Source: Minisyncoccia bacterium
Lineage (GTDB): Bacteria > Patescibacteriota > Minisyncoccia > Phycocordibacterales > Phycocordibacteraceae
Direction of reading: 5' to 3'
Length of the DNA stretch: 64,000 nt
Assembly (NCBI GenBank): GCA_038207395.1
Contig: JBBQZW010000001.1
Span: forward strand, 13,530 to 77,529
In this document: piece after piece, positions 28,691 through 37,973 of the stretch
Layout: each line of letters starts with the position of its first letter
Numbering within the stretch: the stretch's first letter is position 1
The notes under the pieces: model-generated
Seen by the model: the letters and a program-made list of their open reading frames with translations, nothing else
Told to the model about the DNA's origin: nothing
Databases searched by the model: none
Translations under genes and position numbers: made by a program

Positions 28691-29137
28691 CTATGCGTTT
28701 TTACGCATAGCTTTTTCAGCAGCAAGAATTGCAAGACGCGCTACTTCCTTTTCGCTATCGCGCATCATGCGGTCGTGATCTTCCTGAGCACGCGCCTGTG
28801 CGTCGCGCTCAATACCTTCTGCGCGTGCCTGCGCTTCCTTCATCATACGGTCACGCTCACTTCCTGCCTCTTCACGGGCACGAGCCGTAATGCCTTCTGC
28901 TTCGGTTTCTGCGCCACGGGTTATGACACTAGCAGTAACACTGGCATCTTTAAGCGCAGCTTCTGCATCTCGAGCGTCTTCGACACCCTTCGCCACAATG
29001 AGTCTGCGCTCATCAAGTACTTTCATGACAGGGCGGTATAGAAAATACCAAAGAATCATGAAGAGTATCGCAAAGTTCACCAACTGAGCTATCAGCAGGT
29101 GTGACTCAATTCCGAAAGCTTCGAGTAGTGATCCCAT
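28691..29137 (-). CDS. atpF: F0F1 ATP synthase subunit b
   Basis: 148 aa. N-terminal TM followed by a charged coiled coil. Confidence 0.7.
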   Translation of the reverse strand: MGSLLEAFGIESHLLIAQLVNFAILFMILWYFLYRPVMKVLDERRLIVAKGVEDARDAEAALKDASVTASVITRGAETEAEGITARAREEAGSERDRMMKEAQARAEGIERDAQARAQEDHDRMMRDSEKEVARLAILAAEKAMRKNA

Positions 29138-29156
29138 ACCGTGAAGAGATTAGTCG

Positions 29157-29411
<255 letters not shown>

Positions 29412-29453
29412 TTAATACTGCTCCATCCCGGAGCCACACAGACTGACGAAGCA

Positions 29454-30215
29454 CTAATGTGCCTCTTCACTCCCGTGTGACTCCATGATCGCAAGCTTAA
29501 TAAAGAACAGGGTCAACATAGAGAAGACGACTGCCTGAATAAACCCTACAAATACTTCAAATGCCTGAAGCGGCACGGGAAGTAAGTATGCGACGAAGAA
29601 ACTTGCGACGATAATCAACACCTCTCCTGCAAATACGTTTCCAAAGAGACGAAATGAGAAAGAAATGATGCGGCCAACGTTAGAAATAATCTCGATCAGT
29701 CCCACAACAAAGTTTATGGGTGAACTGAAGTTGATGTATTTGCCTATATATTTTCTCGCTCCAAGTACAACGAGCCCGGTTATCTCAATCGTAAAGAAGG
29801 CGATAAAGGCAAGTGCAAGCGTGAAGTTAAGATCTGCACCAGGCGCACGGAAGAGTGGAATGAATCCTTCATGGGTGTGGAAGCCAATAGACCCAACACC
29901 TGGAATGAATGCGAGTTCATTCCCAATCAAAACAAACAAAAAGATTGTCATGATGAGGGGGAAGAACGTCCGTGCATACTTTTCACTTTCCAATGTCTCT
30001 GTCATGTAGTTCAGCACACTTTCAAACAACCACTCAATGCCTGTCTGGAGTAGACCGGGAATAAGTGCGATTTTACGGCGGAAGTAGAACGTAAAGCCGA
30101 TAAGAATCAGCATCACGACCCAAGTCATAAGAAGACTATTCGTAATAGTAAAGCCAAAAAGAGAGCCGATTGGTTCAGCCTTAAGAATGACGCTAATACC
30201 TGAATGCGTTTCCAT
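29454..30215 (-). CDS. atpB: F0F1 ATP synthase subunit a
   Basis: 253 aa, multi-TM, first gene of the operon. Confidence 0.85.
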   Translation of the reverse strand: METHSGISVILKAEPIGSLFGFTITNSLLMTWVVMLILIGFTFYFRRKIALIPGLLQTGIEWLFESVLNYMTETLESEKYARTFFPLIMTIFLFVLIGNELAFIPGVGSIGFHTHEGFIPLFRAPGADLNFTLALAFIAFFTIEITGLVVLGARKYIGKYINFSSPINFVVGLIEIISNVGRIISFSFRLFGNVFAGEVLIIVASFFVAYLLPVPLQAFEVFVGFIQAVVFSMLTLFFIKLAIMESHGSEEAH

Positions 30216-30278
30216 GAAAAAGCACGGCTGCCCGCCGTAATATAGGTACTATAACGTACGCATCTAAGTAATGAAAGC

Positions 30279-31148
30279 GTGAATAGCGTGTGCTATAACA
30301 GAAAGATGAAACGTGAGGACGGTACCTTTTGGCAGCAGCAAGTGCTGCCCATTTCTCTTACCCTCGTCACAAGTGTAGTGCTTATCGGACTTATCTACCT
30401 TCAGATAACATTCCTGAACCGTTTTACCACGGAAGATATCTCACTTCGCATAGCACTTGCTGACATTCTTATAGGCATGACCGTGTACCTAAAGACATCT
30501 ATTGATTTTGCCTTATTTATTGGGAACTTGATGCGTGAGAATACTGGGTGGAAAAATCGTATAAGCATTGAACTCGGCACCGCCCTTGGGAACGCTCTTG
30601 GAACGATGGCCGTATTAACCATTTGGACTTTCTTCCGGGAGATTGACTGGCTACTCGCAATCATGATTATTGTGGCGGCACTGGTGCTTTTTAAGCTCGC
30701 TGAATCAGGTCTTGATCACGCAAAGCATACCGACCGTGAATACCCAGCGTTTTTCAAACGCTCAGTTTCGCTACTAGAACGCTTCCTCCACCATCTCAAC
30801 TGGTTCAGTTCACCACTTCTTAGATACATTCTTCCGGAAATGTCGATGAATGCAGGCCCTCGAAAAAGTTTCTGGGCCTTATTTGTTTTTTCTATCACGG
30901 TTCCGTTCGTACTTGGACTCGATGATTTTGCAGGCTATGTACCGCTTTTCTCTATCGTTAATGTTCTTGGCTTTACCATCGGTGTACTCATCGCGCATGC
31001 CTTTCTCAATATTCTTTTGTACATCTCACCGGCAAAAACAATTCAGGCCGTGAAAAACCCTATTATTTCATTCGTTGGAAGTATTGCCTTTGTAGGGCTT
31101 GCGGTATGGGGCATCTACGAAGCGCTTAGGCTATTATTTGGAGCATAG
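30279..31148 (+). CDS. integral membrane protein, unknown function
   Basis: 289 aa with 6-8 predicted TM segments. Confidence 0.5.
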   Translation: MNSVCYNRKMKREDGTFWQQQVLPISLTLVTSVVLIGLIYLQITFLNRFTTEDISLRIALADILIGMTVYLKTSIDFALFIGNLMRENTGWKNRISIELGTALGNALGTMAVLTIWTFFREIDWLLAIMIIVAALVLFKLAESGLDHAKHTDREYPAFFKRSVSLLERFLHHLNWFSSPLLRYILPEMSMNAGPRKSFWALFVFSITVPFVLGLDDFAGYVPLFSIVNVLGFTIGVLIAHAFLNILLYISPAKTIQAVKNPIISFVGSIAFVGLAVWGIYEALRLLFGA

Positions 31149-31167
31149 ACATTGATACTACTTACGT

Positions 31168-32676
31168 ATGGAACGAACACGCCTTGTCATATATTGGTCC
31201 CGAAGAGACTTTCGATTCGCTGATAACCGCGCGTTAGTGGCAGCTCTAGCTGAATCAAAGGAAGAAGACGCCGTACTCTTGCCATTGTTTATTCTAGAGA
31301 ACTATATGGCCGCAGGAAATCCTGCAGCTCAGTTCGGACTTCCGTCTCGTCTTTTTCTTTCCCGTGCACTTCCCCACTTTGCTGCACAATTTCCTTCATT
31401 TATTATCGCACGAGGAACTGCCGTAAAGACAATCCTAGCCTTGGCACATGAATTTGCTATTACCATTCATACAAATGAAGATATTCATCCTGACTTTACG
31501 AAACAAATTACAAAAATACGTAATGCTGGGATTTCAATAAAAGTATATGCAGACCGGCTTACTGCGCCAAAAGATACGCGAACCGGAGCTGGCTCAGTGT
31601 ATTCAGTTTTCACTCCGTTTAAGAACGCCGTGCGTGAGCGGTTTGTACAAACTCCCGTAACTGAGACAGTTACGGCCAAAACCATTTCACCAGTGCCGAG
31701 CCACATACTAGAACGTATACCTTCACTCATACCGGTACTAGCGAATGATGAGTCTGCACTACTAAGCGAGTTTTCAACAGATCGAACATTCTTAATACGA
31801 AATGAGGTAATTGATCTAGAGAAATTACTTCCTCGTACCGATCCACGCGCCATTCTTAAAGACTGGTATATCACTGAAGAAGAAGCGATGGAGCATTTTA
31901 CCCAGTACCTGACCTCAGGATCTATGGATGCTTACGGTGAAAAACGTGATTCCCTTGCCTTTGACGCTGAGGGCACGGGTACCTCACGCATGAGCCTGGC
32001 ACTCGCATGGGGACTCGTGTCTGCGCGAATGCTTGTTTCGAGTATTCAAACACACTACGGAGATACGTTCGTGCACCCGCAAGCGGGTGCACGATATGAA
32101 GGCGCAGAAAAGTATATCTCCGAACTTATTTGGCGCGAGTTTTATGCGTACCTGCTCCACCACCGTCCCTCACTCTTAGATACTGAATTTCAAGAAAAAT
32201 TCCAAGGGACCATAGCGTGGGCAGACCAGAGCGACGCACTCACCCGCTTTACTGCATGGATTCAAGGATGTACTGGATACCCTATTGTGGACGCGGCAAT
32301 GAATCAGCTCGCACAAACTGGATGGATGCACAACCGCACTCGCATGGTGGTAGCTTCTGTTCTTACGAAAAATCTTGGAGTGGATTGGCGATGGGGACAA
32401 GAATATTTCCGTGCAGCACTTCTAGATCTTGATGAATCCTCAAATAACGGAGGATGGCAGTGGGGTGCATCGGTGGGTGCAGACCCTAAACCAATTCGTA
32501 TCTTTAACCCTGAACTGCAGGCTAAGAACTATGACGCGGAAGGAGCGTATCAAAAAAAGTGGCTTCCTTCTGAGTATCAAACACATCCTCCTGAACAGAT
32601 TATTCCCCACAAAGATGCTCGGGCGCAGGCACTCGCTCGGTATGGACTTTCAGGTGTAGAACCCCGCGACTACTAG
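31168..32676 (+). CDS. phr: deoxyribodipyrimidine photolyase / cryptochrome family flavoprotein
   Basis: N-terminal photolyase domain and C-terminal FAD-binding domain (GWMHNRTRMVVASVL, WQWGAS...DPKP..FNP). Confidence 0.9.
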   Translation: MERTRLVIYWSRRDFRFADNRALVAALAESKEEDAVLLPLFILENYMAAGNPAAQFGLPSRLFLSRALPHFAAQFPSFIIARGTAVKTILALAHEFAITIHTNEDIHPDFTKQITKIRNAGISIKVYADRLTAPKDTRTGAGSVYSVFTPFKNAVRERFVQTPVTETVTAKTISPVPSHILERIPSLIPVLANDESALLSEFSTDRTFLIRNEVIDLEKLLPRTDPRAILKDWYITEEEAMEHFTQYLTSGSMDAYGEKRDSLAFDAEGTGTSRMSLALAWGLVSARMLVSSIQTHYGDTFVHPQAGARYEGAEKYISELIWREFYAYLLHHRPSLLDTEFQEKFQGTIAWADQSDALTRFTAWIQGCTGYPIVDAAMNQLAQTGWMHNRTRMVVASVLTKNLGVDWRWGQEYFRAALLDLDESSNNGGWQWGASVGADPKPIRIFNPELQAKNYDAEGAYQKKWLPSEYQTHPPEQIIPHKDARAQALARYGLSGVEPRDY

Positions 32677-32686
32677 CCTTTACCGA

Positions 32687-33238
32687 TTATTTCTTTTTCT
32701 TAAGCGCTTCGAGGTCGTCTAGAATCTGACGTACGTGTGAGGTGAGCTGCTCAAGAGTGACTGCTTGCTCCTTTTCTCGTTTCTCTTCCTCTTCGTCTTC
32801 TTCACCCAGTTCTTCAATATCCTCACCAAGCTCTTCAAGATCCTCCTGCATTTCTCCCACATCCTCCGTAATCTCCTCAATGTCTTCTTGAATCTCATCA
32901 AGGTCTTCTCCGAGCTCTTCAACATCTTCCTGAATTTCATCAATATCCTCTTCAACTTCACGGAGACTCAGTGTGTTTTGGTTCACTGTCATCTGAATAA
33001 ATATTGCAAGGTAAATTGCTTCAAGCGAAAGCGCCGTCGTTAGAACAAGGAGCATAGTGCTCAAATCCAAGAGACCAAACACCACTACGCCGAAACTAGA
33101 TATGAAAATAATCGTATGAATGATAAGCGACATTGTTGAACCAATGCCGCGAGTTATGCGCTCAGTGAACGTAGGAGGGAGGTCGCGCTTCTTCATATAC
33201 TGACCGTAGCCCGCATGTGCGTCCTTGTCCACCCGCAC
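32687..33238 (-). CDS. DUF1003-like membrane protein with acidic coiled-coil tandem repeats
   Basis: Two TM helices followed by about four 14-aa repeats (DIDEIQEDVEELGE / DLDEIQEDIEEITE / DVGEMQEDLEELGE / DIEELGEEDEEEE). Confidence 0.6.
   Translation of the reverse strand: MRVDKDAHAGYGQYMKKRDLPPTFTERITRGIGSTMSLIIHTIIFISSFGVVVFGLLDLSTMLLVLTTALSLEAIYLAIFIQMTVNQNTLSLREVEEDIDEIQEDVEELGEDLDEIQEDIEEITEDVGEMQEDLEELGEDIEELGEEDEEEEKREKEQAVTLEQLTSHVRQILDDLEALKKKK
32780..32950 (-). repeat. approximately 42-nt imperfect tandem repeat x4 within coding sequence (acidic repeat region)
   Basis: Periodic ga(a/g)gatctc... units read directly from the sequence; they encode the acidic repeats. Confidence 0.6.
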
Positions 33239-33291
33239 AAATCATAAGTTGTTCAAAACATCGGTTCCGCAATCTTGTCAAAATAGGTACA

Positions 33292-34371
33292 ATGAATCAA
33301 ATGAATACTCCTCGAATTGATTCAGGTCTAATGCCCAAACCACGCAGTCCTCGTATACCTCCTCAGCGGAGAAAACGCCGGTTTCCGTTTGTTCCCATTT
33401 TAGTTTCAGTTATTGCTATTAGCGCAGCCATATTCTCCCTCCCCCTTATTCTTGCAGTAGACGTACAGCTCGCTACGAGTTCAAGCTATGACAGCACTCC
33501 GTTCCCCGTAACCGTTAACCCCGCTCTTAAGACTATTCACACGAACCCTGAGGTTGAAGCATTTTTATCAACGCGTCCCACTCAGCTTCCCGCTTCTGTA
33601 GGTTTTCTGCATAAAGTATTTGAGTACGTCGCGCTCAATATTGCATCGCTCCCTATATATCAGCAGATTGCAGGCGCCGCAGGCGCTCCAAGTCTTTTCG
33701 TTTCTATTCCTGCAGGAAGTCGTCAGGAACAGGTGGCACAATCATTTGGTACGCAGCTCGGCTGGACTGCAAAGCAGCGTGCTCAGTTTGTAGCAAAGGC
33801 ACGCACACTCGAGCCAGATCTTCCTCAAGGATCAACCGTTCCGGGAATCTACTTCGCAAGTATTAATGACCCCAATGACATAGCCACACTTGTACACAAT
33901 CGTTTTGATACGGAAATACTTTCCCGGTATAGCAGTAGTACGGAAGCGCAGGTTCCTTTGAGTGACGCTATTACCATTGCCTCACTTATTCAGCGCGAAG
34001 CAGGTGGCTGGGATGATATGCGTCTTATTTCAGGAATTATCTGGAACCGGTTATTTGTCGGCATGAAGCTGCAGATTGATGCCACGCTTCAATACGCTGA
34101 AGCAAATCAAGCCTCAGGAAAAACAGGATGGTGGCCGTCAGTTGAGCCTAAAGATAAATACATTAAATCTGCGTATAACACGTATCAAAATGCCGGACTT
34201 CCTCCTGGCCCTATAGCGAATCCGTCTATCGCAGCAGTGCTCGCTGCACTAAACCCTAAAAAGACTGACTGTCTCTTTTACTTCCATGATTCACACAGTC
34301 AGTTCCATTGCTCAAAAAACTACTCAGACCACGTAGCGATGCTAAAGAAGTATTATGGACAGGGTAAGTAG
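33292..34371 (+). CDS. mltG: endolytic murein transglycosylase MltG (YceG-like)
   Basis: N-terminal TM. LIQREAG, GIIWNRL, LQIDATLQYA and YNTYQNAGLPPGPIANPS motifs. Start set to the internal ATG at 33292. Confidence 0.8.
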   Translation: MNQMNTPRIDSGLMPKPRSPRIPPQRRKRRFPFVPILVSVIAISAAIFSLPLILAVDVQLATSSSYDSTPFPVTVNPALKTIHTNPEVEAFLSTRPTQLPASVGFLHKVFEYVALNIASLPIYQQIAGAAGAPSLFVSIPAGSRQEQVAQSFGTQLGWTAKQRAQFVAKARTLEPDLPQGSTVPGIYFASINDPNDIATLVHNRFDTEILSRYSSSTEAQVPLSDAITIASLIQREAGGWDDMRLISGIIWNRLFVGMKLQIDATLQYAEANQASGKTGWWPSVEPKDKYIKSAYNTYQNAGLPPGPIANPSIAAVLAALNPKKTDCLFYFHDSHSQFHCSKNYSDHVAMLKKYYGQGK

Positions 34372-34378
34372 AAACCTC

Positions 34379-34585
34379 TTACGGTGAAGAGGTTTCTGTA
34401 ATCGCGCGTGCCGTTTCGGCTATCTCTTTGCATGCTGGGCACGTAATGAACTGTAGCTGTTCAGGCCATACCCAAATATTTCCTTTAGGCCAGCTAGATG
34501 CTGGACCTTTCATCTGACCACACGCACTTTGTGTTGAAGAGTGATCAAACCGAATATGGACAACACGTTCTTTGACTTGGGTCAT
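34379..34585 (-). CDS. small Cys-containing hypothetical protein
   Basis: 68 aa from an ATG preceded by AGGAG. Has a C...CxxC spacing. Confidence 0.35.
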   Translation of the reverse strand: MTQVKERVVHIRFDHSSTQSACGQMKGPASSWPKGNIWVWPEQLQFITCPACKEIAETARAITETSSP

Positions 34586-34650
34586 TTCATTCGCTCCTGC
34601 GTACTGTTCCTGCAAACACGATATACCTTATGGTCCGGAATGTATACAGC

Positions 34651-34679
34651 AAAAGCCGCGAACATTCGCGGCTTTTTTC
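34651..34679. terminator. rho-independent terminator hairpin, usable on both strands
   Basis: aaaagccgcgaacattcgcggcttttttc. Confidence 0.7.
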
Positions 34680-34700
34680 AGGTGGTCATTACTACATGAT

Positions 34701-34712
34701 ATTAGAACCTCC
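34701..34712. repeat. ATTAGAACCTCC motif copy 1
   Basis: Exact 12-mer shared with 35516..35527. Reads as an SD-like GGAGGTTCTAAT on the minus strand, followed by ATG-TAG. Confidence 0.6.
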
Positions 34713-34790
34713 CTACTCCAATCCAGGCCAATAGATTTCCTTAGACTGATGGAGTCGCGGGGTGGGCTAGAGGGAAGAAAATTCCCTTAG

Positions 34791-34802
34791 GTTAGAACCT
34801 CT
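34791..34802. repeat. GTTAGAACCTCT motif copy 2 (10/12 match)
   Basis: Immediately 3' of the kinase-like gene's stop codon. Confidence 0.5.
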
Positions 34803-35472
34803 ATTGCCTTACAACAATCTTGGTTCGTTCCCAGTCCGTAGGAACAATCGAAGTAATTCTTTTATTTTCTACATCTATCTCAAATACCATGTCTTTTAGC
34901 TTCCACCCCCGAACGACACCTACCTGCTCGAATTGGACTTTTAGCTCATCCATTCTCTCCTCTGCCTGTTGCATAAGAGTTGAAATATCTTCATCGGAGT
35001 ATCCGTTCTCCTTGAGATTGAGGCTTTCCTTTTCAGACCATCTAATCCCTGGAATACGCTCCATAACTATGATGTGAGTTCCAGCTTGTTCTGCTTTTGC
35101 GATAGGCTTTGCCACTGGTAGTCCCATTACAGTTAGCTTTTCAAGGATTTTATACTCGTAAAAAGGATCGCCTGATTCTCCGACAGCACCTTTGATCGTA
35201 TTAACCCTTCGTCCGACAGTATGAATTTCTTTCCCTTCCGCATTTGTCCAAGCTGGTAGATCTTTTACAGCAGTTGGATCCTCGCGAACTACACCAGCTT
35301 CGTCATATTTAACTTCTCCTGTTTTTATATTCTTTCCTTCACGCTCGAAATACCCCGCAGGATCATTAAGAAATGCTTGCGGCACAAACTCTACAAAACC
35401 TGATTCCACTTCTACCGTAGGAGTAGGAGGACTTTCTTGAGCGTTGCTATTAGGTTTGGCGGGACCTTCCAT
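34801..35472 (-). CDS. atypical kinase-like protein (RIO/Kdo-kinase-like signature), function unknown
   Basis: EYKILEKLTVMGLPVAKPI....HIIVMERIPG resembles the RIO/Bud32/Kdo-kinase hinge region. The ORF-track start at 35490 is TTG; ATG at 35472 is preferred. Confidence 0.4.
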   Translation of the reverse strand: MEGPAKPNSNAQESPPTPTVEVESGFVEFVPQAFLNDPAGYFEREGKNIKTGEVKYDEAGVVREDPTAVKDLPAWTNAEGKEIHTVGRRVNTIKGAVGESGDPFYEYKILEKLTVMGLPVAKPIAKAEQAGTHIIVMERIPGIRWSEKESLNLKENGYSDEDISTLMQQAEERMDELKVQFEQVGVVRGWKLKDMVFEIDVENKRITSIVPTDWERTKIVVRQ

Positions 35473-35515
35473 GGTGTTAGTGTACAACAAAATTGCATCT
35501 TACAAATTCCGTAAG

Positions 35516-35527
35516 ATTAGAACCTCC
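35516..35527. repeat. ATTAGAACCTCC motif copy 3
   Basis: Exact copy, about 45 nt upstream of the kinase-like gene start, between it and tRNA-Ala. Confidence 0.6.
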
Positions 35528-35583
35528 TAAAACCTAAGCGCGCCAATACGAAATGACGGAAACCTTGACTTTGTGAACAAATG

Positions 35584-35656
35584 TGGACCCTAGCGGATTC
35601 GAACCGCTGACATCTTCATTGCAAATGAAGCGCTCTACCAACTGAGCTAAGGGCCC
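35584..35656 (-). tRNA. tRNA-Ala (anticodon UGC)
   Basis: Hand-folded 73-nt cloverleaf: 7-bp acceptor stem with the G3:U70 alanine identity pair, GCTC/GAGC D-stem, anticodon loop TTTGCAA, TTCGAAT T-loop, A73. CCA not encoded. Confidence 0.8.
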
Positions 35657-35696
35657 GTATATGGGTATCTGTTCACAGGAAGTGAACCTTTAGACT

Positions 35697-36644
35697 TTAC
35701 CGCTTCCGGCTTTCCAAGGCAAGGGCAATAATGTGCTCAAGAAATTGAGTGAAGGTTATGCCGACCGCAGCAAGGCTCTTTGGCATAGGGGACTCTGCCG
35801 TTAATTCCGGAAGACTGCTTGTTTCAAGGTAATATATTCCCTTTGGAGAAACGATAAATGAGGAGTGAGAATAGTGCCGAAGACCAAGTTCCTGATGTAT
35901 ACGCTTCGCCTGCTCCTGGAGCTCACCCATTATTTGTTTGGAAAACCGCCCAGGAGCAACAAGGCTAGCAACTGATTCATACCTTGAAGGTACGGTCTCC
36001 ACCGCTGGCAGTGTGTATAGGTATTCTCCACGAATATTCTCAACAACACTGACTGAGGCATGCGTACCTCGAATATATTCTTCAATAAGTGCCCCGCCGG
36101 CTCCTTCGTTAAAAAGTCCGGTGACTGCTTGGTGTACGGGCAAGTATCCGGCAGGTAAAGTCGTTCCTACCGAAGAACCCCAGCGAGGTGATTTAACGAC
36201 CACTGGTTGAGGGTACGTTCGAATAACTTCGTGGATAATTGGATCAACACCTTCTTCGGTTTCAATAAACGTATAGCGAGGTACCAGAAAGCCGAGGCTT
36301 CGTGCTTTTTCTTTTGCTAGTACCTTGTGAATTGAAACAAACGAAGCAAATGAGTCAGATCCTGCGTATGGAATTCCGTACCTTTCAAGAACTTTTTGCA
36401 CTTCCCCATCCTCTCCGTATATTCCGTGGAGTGCGATCACTGCAACGTCAATACTAGGCAGTACAACAGCTGGTGATGTTATAAGTCCACGCTCATGCCA
36501 AGTGCCTTCACGGTCAATGAAGATGTCGCGTACCGTGTATTTCTCACGCGGAAGTGCATTTAGTACGGCATGACCAGAGCGTAGCGAAATCTCATGCTTG
36601 TGAGAAGGACCACCACGAAGTACGCCTACGACTGTGCCTTGCAT
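35697..36644 (-). CDS. ddl: D-alanine--D-alanine ligase
   Basis: VGVLRGGPSHKHEISLRSG, HGIYGEDGEVQ..LE..GIPYAGS, and ATP-grasp C-terminus. Confidence 0.85.
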   Translation of the reverse strand: MQGTVVGVLRGGPSHKHEISLRSGHAVLNALPREKYTVRDIFIDREGTWHERGLITSPAVVLPSIDVAVIALHGIYGEDGEVQKVLERYGIPYAGSDSFASFVSIHKVLAKEKARSLGFLVPRYTFIETEEGVDPIIHEVIRTYPQPVVVKSPRWGSSVGTTLPAGYLPVHQAVTGLFNEGAGGALIEEYIRGTHASVSVVENIRGEYLYTLPAVETVPSRYESVASLVAPGRFSKQIMGELQEQAKRIHQELGLRHYSHSSFIVSPKGIYYLETSSLPELTAESPMPKSLAAVGITFTQFLEHIIALALESRKR

Positions 36645-36662
36645 ATGATTCGAGTATACCAG

Positions 36663-37964
36663 CTACTTTTTCTCAGCACTCTTTCGCATTTGCATAGTAC
36701 GCGCATGACGGTGACGCGCGAGAGAAAAACGATGCGCCTCAGAGTTGACTAGAACAGCGTCAGCGTCTGTTATTCCTGCACGCAGACTTCCTATCACTTC
36801 ACGCGGACGGTGACGTTCATCCTTAACTACGGCGACTACCGGAATACCGATGCCGATCTCTTTCAAAAGTTCTTCAGCTGCTTTCTTATGCGTCTTACCG
36901 CCATCTACGACAAACGCCTTTGGAAGTGGCCACTCCGTGTGCCCTAAACGGCGCGAAAGGATCTCCTTAAGCGAAGCAATATCATCATTCGTTGATTTAC
37001 CGCCTCGTCCTTGGATGCGGAACATGCGGTAGTCCTTTTTCTGCGGCATACCATTTTCAATCATGACCATCACGCCAATGGCATTCGTGCCTCCAATGTG
37101 TGCCGTATCATATGCTTCGATACGCGGACCTTCCTTTTCTTCTCCATGATCTTCACGGATAAGTGAAACATCTTGGACATGATCAAGCGCGAAGAGCTGG
37201 CCGCGCGTAACCGCAGCTTCTTCAAATTCTTCCTGCTTTGCAAATTCCTTCATATCTTTCTGAAGCGTAGTGCGAAGGGTCTTAACCCGTCCTGAAAGAA
37301 ATAGTGAGACGTTACGTATTGAGCGCAAATACTCCTTGCGATCCATATTTCGAGGATACTGGCCAATCTGTCGGTTAAACTCAACATTCGCCTGCAGATG
37401 TTTGTTTCCTCCGCGTACCGTCACACTTCGTCCAGCTGCAGCTATCGGTTTTGCAGTGTCGTAGAAGGGAAATATCTTACGTATGATGCGGAGTGCTTCG
37501 CGGAGCTGAAACCCAGACGTGAAGGGGCCATGCGCATGAGTAAAGGGAATTACGGGTGCACCCAGGAGCACCTTTCCTTTAAAATCAATTTCCTTTCCTC
37601 GTATTGCAAGCACGCGCGGAATCTCTTCGTCAGTAATAACTGCATACAAAAAACTCTTATCATCCTTACCCATCGTATTGGCAGGAGGATTGTGTTCACG
37701 GATGAGCGCGGCTTCGCGTACGAGTGCTTCAAGTACGGTCGGCACGGTTTCGTGCTCAAGCCCATCAGACTGCGTGACCATGTCCACAATGCGCGGTCCG
37801 CGCGTAACGATAAGGTCATCATCAAAGTACGAGCGCACGCGGTCACGAAGGGACGTTGCCTTCCCTACATACAGTATTTTCTTGCTCCGTCCTTTCCCTT
37901 TGGTAAATAGATATACTCCTGGGCAGTCAGGGAGATCAAATGCTTTTAGATCTGCGCGCTCCAT
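36663..37964 (-). CDS. uvrC: excinuclease ABC subunit C, short form lacking the C-terminal (HhH)2 domain
   Basis: GIY-YIG (PGVYLF...LYVGKA), UVR domain (EFEEAAVTRGQLFAL), RNase H-like endonuclease domain (RIEAYDTAHIGG, VVDGGK, EAHRF). Ends at 433 aa. Confidence 0.8.
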   Translation of the reverse strand: MERADLKAFDLPDCPGVYLFTKGKGRSKKILYVGKATSLRDRVRSYFDDDLIVTRGPRIVDMVTQSDGLEHETVPTVLEALVREAALIREHNPPANTMGKDDKSFLYAVITDEEIPRVLAIRGKEIDFKGKVLLGAPVIPFTHAHGPFTSGFQLREALRIIRKIFPFYDTAKPIAAAGRSVTVRGGNKHLQANVEFNRQIGQYPRNMDRKEYLRSIRNVSLFLSGRVKTLRTTLQKDMKEFAKQEEFEEAAVTRGQLFALDHVQDVSLIREDHGEEKEGPRIEAYDTAHIGGTNAIGVMVMIENGMPQKKDYRMFRIQGRGGKSTNDDIASLKEILSRRLGHTEWPLPKAFVVDGGKTHKKAAEELLKEIGIGIPVVAVVKDERHRPREVIGSLRAGITDADAVLVNSEAHRFSLARHRHARTMQMRKSAEKK

Positions 37965-37973
37965 ACCGCTACA

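Noticed and set aside
32760-32960. Repetitive ~42-nt units considered as a possible CRISPR-like or minisatellite array
   Set aside because: The repeats are in frame inside a coding sequence and encode acidic peptide repeats. No spacer/repeat architecture.
34701-35527. TTAGAACCTC copies considered as a degenerate CRISPR array
   Set aside because: Only three copies, irregular spacing (90 nt and 724 nt), and one spacer is a complete protein-coding gene.
35584-35656. Initial reading of this tRNA as tRNA-Cys (GCA)
   Set aside because: Numbering the cloverleaf places TGC at positions 34-36 (anticodon UGC, so Ala). The G3:U70 pair and A73 agree with the alanine identity set.
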